Assembly: GCA_024277995.1 (NCBI GenBank)
Contig: JAJRUD010000058.1
Span: forward strand, 1,410-65,409
Reading direction: 5' to 3'
From: Chloroflexota bacterium
GTDB lineage: Bacteria > Chloroflexota > Anaerolineae > Anaerolineales > E44-bin32
DNA length: 64,000 bases
The notes beneath the pieces are model-generated. The model was not told the DNA's origin. It searched no databases and worked only from the letters and a program-made list of their open reading frames with translations. The translations under genes were made by a program, and so were the position numbers. This document shows, in pieces, positions 60,613 to 64,000 of the stretch (position 1 is the stretch's first letter; each line of letters starts with the position of its first letter).

Positions 60613-61724
60613 CAGCGGATCGCCCTTCCTGTGTCGCGATCGAAGAGGTGTATTCGGTCAGCGTCGATGGCGACGCTGACCGCGTCGTCGACGAGCAAGG
60701 GCCGGTCGGCGGGAAGCACCATCTTGATCAGCTCATCTCCCAGCTTCAGGTCCACCACCTGCTTGCGTGCCAGCGGCAGAACCAGATCCACCACGGCTCT
60801 GAAGACGCCCCCCTCGCGCGCGGTTCCGTTCTCGGCGATTCGCAGGTGCTGCGGCCGCAAGCCCAGAACCAGCCGGCTGGAGGGCAGGGATTCGAGTGCC
60901 GCCGTCAGATCCCTGGGGAGTCGCAAGCGCAGGCCATCGCGCTGGAGCAATCCGGCCTCACCTTCCCGTTTGAACTCTACCTCCAGGAAGTTCATCGCAG
61001 GGCGCCCGATGAAACCGGCCACGAACAGATTGGCGGGGTGCTCGTAGATATACCTGGGCGCGCCCAGCTGCTCGCTACGCCCCTCGTTCATGACCAGGAT
61101 GCGATCTCCCAACGTCATTGCCTCTTCCTGATCATGGGTCACGTAGACCATGGTTCGTCCGAGCTGGTGCTGCCAGCGCTTCAGCTCGCCTCGCATCCGC
61201 TCCCTGAGGCCCGGACGGAAATTGTTCAGAGGCTCATCCAGCAGCAGCACGTCGGGGTCGACGGCCAGCGTGCGCGCCATTGCGACGCGCTGCATGGCGC
61301 TCAGGTCCAGTTTGGCCGCCCGCACATCGAGCACCTGCGCCAATTCCAGCATGTCGGCCACCTCGCGCACACGCCGGTCGATCTGACCTGGCGCCGTCCG
61401 GCGCACCCTCAGGCCGAAAGCGAGGTTGTCGAAGACGGACATGTGCCAGAAGAGGGCGTAGTTCTGGAACATGAAGCCGACGTTGCGCTCCTGGGGCGGC
61501 AGGCGTGTGATCTTCTTCTCCCTGAGATAGATCTCCCCGGCTGTCGGTGTCTCCAACCCGGCGATCATGCGCAGCGTGGTGGTCTTTCCGCAGCCCGAAG
61601 GGCCGAGGAAGCACAGGAACTCGCCTTCCCGGACCCGCAGGTCCAACCCCTGGACGGCAAGCACGCCATCGAACTCCTTGCGCAGACCCTCGAGCCGAAT
61701 GATCGACGCTTCAGGATTGGCCAT
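60612..61724 (-). CDS. CUT1 sugar ABC transporter ATP-binding protein (MalK/UgpC-like), copy 1
   Basis: GPSGCGKTT, LLLDEPLNNF, a degenerate-looking signature region (LSAMQRVAMARTL), and a TOBE-like C-terminus ending DRIHLFDRDTGRAIR. Confidence 0.9.
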   Translation of the reverse strand: MANPEASIIRLEGLRKEFDGVLAVQGLDLRVREGEFLCFLGPSGCGKTTTLRMIAGLETPTAGEIYLREKKITRLPPQERNVGFMFQNYALFWHMSVFDNLAFGLRVRRTAPGQIDRRVREVADMLELAQVLDVRAAKLDLSAMQRVAMARTLAVDPDVLLLDEPLNNFRPGLRERMRGELKRWQHQLGRTMVYVTHDQEEAMTLGDRILVMNEGRSEQLGAPRYIYEHPANLFVAGFIGRPAMNFLEVEFKREGEAGLLQRDGLRLRLPRDLTAALESLPSSRLVLGLRPQHLRIAENGTAREGGVFRAVVDLVLPLARKQVVDLKLGDELIKMVLPADRPLLVDDAVSVAIDADRIHLFDRDTGRAIR

Positions 61725-61727
61725 GAC

Positions 61728-62606
61728 CTATTCCCGGACCAGCCCAAAAGTGAATCCGGTCACCAGGTGACGTTGGATGATGTACCCGGCGACGACCACG
61801 GGGATCGAGGCCACCACACCCAGGGCCGCCATAGGCCCGTAGAAACGGCCCACGGCACCCACGTAATGGCTGACCTGCACGGGGATGGTGATCGCCTGGC
61901 GTGAGGTGAATATCTGGGCGAGCAGGAACTCCGTCCAATTCAAGATGAAGACGAAAAGCCCGGTTGCCGCCAGGCCACCCTTGACCAGCGGCAGGGTAAT
62001 GGTGAACAGCACGCGCCAGCGTGATGCGCCGTCCAGGATGGCCGCCTCTTCGATGGACTTGGGGACGCCCTCGATGAAGCCCCGCGTCATCCAGAGCGAG
62101 AAGGCGATGGTAAAGCCTGTGTACATCAGGATGAGGGCGAGCTGCGTATCGATGAGCCCCAGCGCCCTGAAGTACACCAGGAGCGGCACGGCGAATGCGA
62201 CGGGCGGGAACATGCGCGTCGTCAACACGAAGAGAGGCAGGCTCTTCCCCCCGGCCTGGAAGCGGGTCGTGGCATAGGCCGCCAGGAAACCGATGACCAG
62301 CGAGGCAGCCGTCGCGATCGGCACCACAATGATGCTGTTGATGAAGGCCCTGGTGACCGGCTCCGCCGCGCTCACCATCGCCCCCACGCCCCCCACGGGG
62401 TTTCCCGGCTGGAAGAGCACAACATAGTTGCTGGTGGTGATCTTCTCAGGGATCAGCCGCGGCGGATAGGCGATCCATTCCTCGGGCGGCTTGAAAGAGA
62501 TGGAAAGCACCCAGATCAGAGGGAGCAGGAAGATTGCGCAGACGATAATCCCCGCCAGCCACCGCAGGACGGCATCCGTGAATTCGCGCAAGCGCCTCGA
62601 CTCCAT
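61728..62606 (-). CDS. CUT1 sugar ABC transporter permease (MalG-like)
   Basis: 292 aa, 6 TM helices. EAA loop: IEEAAILDGASRWRVLFTITLP. Confidence 0.9.
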   Translation of the reverse strand: MESRRLREFTDAVLRWLAGIIVCAIFLLPLIWVLSISFKPPEEWIAYPPRLIPEKITTSNYVVLFQPGNPVGGVGAMVSAAEPVTRAFINSIIVVPIATAASLVIGFLAAYATTRFQAGGKSLPLFVLTTRMFPPVAFAVPLLVYFRALGLIDTQLALILMYTGFTIAFSLWMTRGFIEGVPKSIEEAAILDGASRWRVLFTITLPLVKGGLAATGLFVFILNWTEFLLAQIFTSRQAITIPVQVSHYVGAVGRFYGPMAALGVVASIPVVVAGYIIQRHLVTGFTFGLVRE

Positions 62607-62611
62607 GATGG

Positions 62612-63559
62612 CTACCCTTCCTCAATCGGCTGAATGGCGAAGCGCGTGACGAGGGTGATCATGACCAGAATCAGCACCGCCATGGCCGCGGCGTAAGAAA
62701 GCTGGCCGAAGACGAAACCCACGCGGTAGATGTACAGGCTGATCGTCTCCGTCGACGTGCCCGGCCCACCTCCCGTCATCACGAACACCAGGTCGAATAT
62801 CTTGAAGGCCTCCAGCGCGCGAATGACGAGGGCGATCAGGATCACTGGTTTGAGCATGGGCAGCGTGACATGGCGGAAAATCTGCCAGCGGTTCGCCCCC
62901 AGATTCATCGCGGCCTCAACGGGATCCTTGGGCAACGCTCCCAACCCGGAGTACAGGATCAAGAACAGGAAGGGGGTCCATTGCCAGATGTCGGCCAGCA
63001 CGATGGTGCCCATGGCCAGCAACGGGTTCTTGAACCACTCGACGGTCGCTCCCGAACCGAACCATTGGGTGAGAACGAAGTTGACGGGGCCGCGGTCCAG
63101 GAACAGGAGGTAGAAGGCCAGCCCGACGACCACCCAGGGCAGCATCATCGGATACAGGATGACGGAGGTCACGATTCGCTTGCCGGGGAAATCGCGCATG
63201 AAGAGCAGGGCAAGGCCGAGGCCGACGGCGAACTCCAGGCCGCCGGCTGCCACCACAACCCCCAGGGAGCGGCCTATTGCGGCCCAGAATCGTCCATCCT
63301 GGAAGATCTGGGCGTAGTTTCTGAGAAACGCGAAGGGGGCCTGCCACCAGTCCACGCCCATGCGCGGCTCCCAGGCCACCAGGCTGAGGTAGATCACGAT
63401 GATGGTGGGGATGATGAGCAGGAACCACAAGAGCAACTGCATGGGCGTGATGAGCAGAGTGCCAAAGAAGCGCTCTTCGTCCACCGCACGCCGTAGCCTG
63501 CTGAGAAAGGATGCTCGCCCTTCGGACGTATCGGCCAATGGATGCCCGCTGCTCGCCAT
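62612..63559 (-). CDS. CUT1 sugar ABC transporter permease (MalF-like)
   Basis: 315 aa. EAA loop: VEAAMNLGANRWQIFRHVTLP. Confidence 0.9.
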   Translation of the reverse strand: MASSGHPLADTSEGRASFLSRLRRAVDEERFFGTLLITPMQLLLWFLLIIPTIIVIYLSLVAWEPRMGVDWWQAPFAFLRNYAQIFQDGRFWAAIGRSLGVVVAAGGLEFAVGLGLALLFMRDFPGKRIVTSVILYPMMLPWVVVGLAFYLLFLDRGPVNFVLTQWFGSGATVEWFKNPLLAMGTIVLADIWQWTPFLFLILYSGLGALPKDPVEAAMNLGANRWQIFRHVTLPMLKPVILIALVIRALEAFKIFDLVFVMTGGGPGTSTETISLYIYRVGFVFGQLSYAAAMAVLILVMITLVTRFAIQPIEEG

Positions 63560-63628
63560 AGCGGCTCATAGCTCCTGTTCGGATGAGTACCGGGGGCGGA
63601 GGGACGACCTCCACCCCCACGGTACGCG

Positions 63629-64000
63629 TCAGGATGGGAACCTGCCCAACTTCGCCCAGAGGTCCTGGATAGGTTGCGGGTAGTTCTGACGCTCGGCGCG
63701 CCAGGCCTCGATCTGACCCAGGCGCCCGATGCGATCGGTGATCTGCTGCCAGGAATCGGCGGCATCTTTGAGGGCCCGCTCGGCGCCCTTCTGGCCAGCG
63801 AAGGCCTGCTGCAGGTTGAGGTTCAGGTTGTCCAGGTACTCCGCCGCGCCGCGAAGGGAGATGTCCGGGAAGGCGTTCTGCGTGAGACTGTGCAGCACGG
63901 GCAAGAACTCCTCACCGTAAGCTTCTTTCATTTTGGCGTCATCGAACCAGGGCTCGCGGAAGGCGTCCAGGGTGCCGACGCGGGCGATGGCGTCCAGGCC
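63629..64000 (-). CDS. CUT1 extracellular solute-binding protein, C-terminal part (gene continues beyond the right edge)
   Basis: The frame stays open upstream of the listed Met (63931) to position 64000: GLDAIARVGTLDAFREPWFDDAKMKEAYGEEFLPVLHSLTQNAFPDISLRGAAEYLDNL.... The position upstream of the MalF/MalG-like genes fits an SBP. Confidence 0.75.
   Translation of the reverse strand, partial: GLDAIARVGTLDAFREPWFDDAKMKEAYGEEFLPVLHSLTQNAFPDISLRGAAEYLDNLNLNLQQAFAGQKGAERALKDAADSWQQITDRIGRLGQIEAWRAERQNYPQPIQDLWAKLGRFPS

Overview
This is a high-GC bacterial chromosomal segment, analysed by eye only with no searches run. I support about 64 protein-coding genes or gene remnants and one tRNA-Lys(CUU). 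I saw no rRNA, CRISPR array, transposase, integrase or phage genes.

The ORF track is full of long Arg/Gly/Ala/Pro-rich shadow ORFs. Several listed ORFs carry spurious N-terminal extensions and use GTG/TTG starts, so I trimmed starts by hand. Trimmed starts are less certain than stops.

Gene blocks, left to right:
- 1-6.4 kb, minus strand: an envelope glycoconjugate cluster. It holds a GT-C glycosyltransferase running off the left edge (missing from the ORF track), a methyltransferase, a GT4, a flippase-like protein and an epimerase.
- lepA and tlyA.
- A translationally coupled UbiA (DPPR-synthase type)-mevalonate kinase-isopentenyl phosphate kinase unit.
- panB, then an uncharacterised 429-aa protein, a CBS-fused Glu/Leu/Phe/Val-type dehydrogenase and an ALDH7-type dehydrogenase.
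- Lipoproteins and hypothetical proteins.
- A tight hydrolase / saccharopine-dehydrogenase-like / class-III aminotransferase / SDR operon.
- 27-41.7 kb: a mixed accessory-looking stretch of envelope and membrane genes with several decayed genes, ending at the tRNA-Lys.
- 42.0-50.4 kb, plus strand: a co-directional array of ten gene units (the last split by a stop): redoxin, proline dehydrogenase, SDR, two DinB proteins, a small hypothetical, a degenerate UbiA-like protein, moeA and a MoeA-PBP fusion.
- 50.6-64 kb, minus strand: sugar and sugar-acid uptake and catabolism. This includes eda, DUF4432-like, a ribose-type ABC system, a PfkB kinase, an SDR, an M24 hydrolase and a CUT1-type ABC system with two ATPases.

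The most notable observations:
- The number of disrupted genes is unusual. There are four in-frame stop codons in otherwise conserved frames, including a TAG in the MoeA-PBP fusion, plus internal deletions and frameshifts.
- The 429-aa unknown / CBS-dehydrogenase / ALDH7 module looks like a candidate uncharacterised amino-acid catabolic unit.
- A degenerate UbiA-like protein is embedded in a DinB-MoeA operon.
- Several apparently leaderless promoters are present.

The taxon guess (Chloroflexota-like or another Terrabacteria lineage) is inference only.
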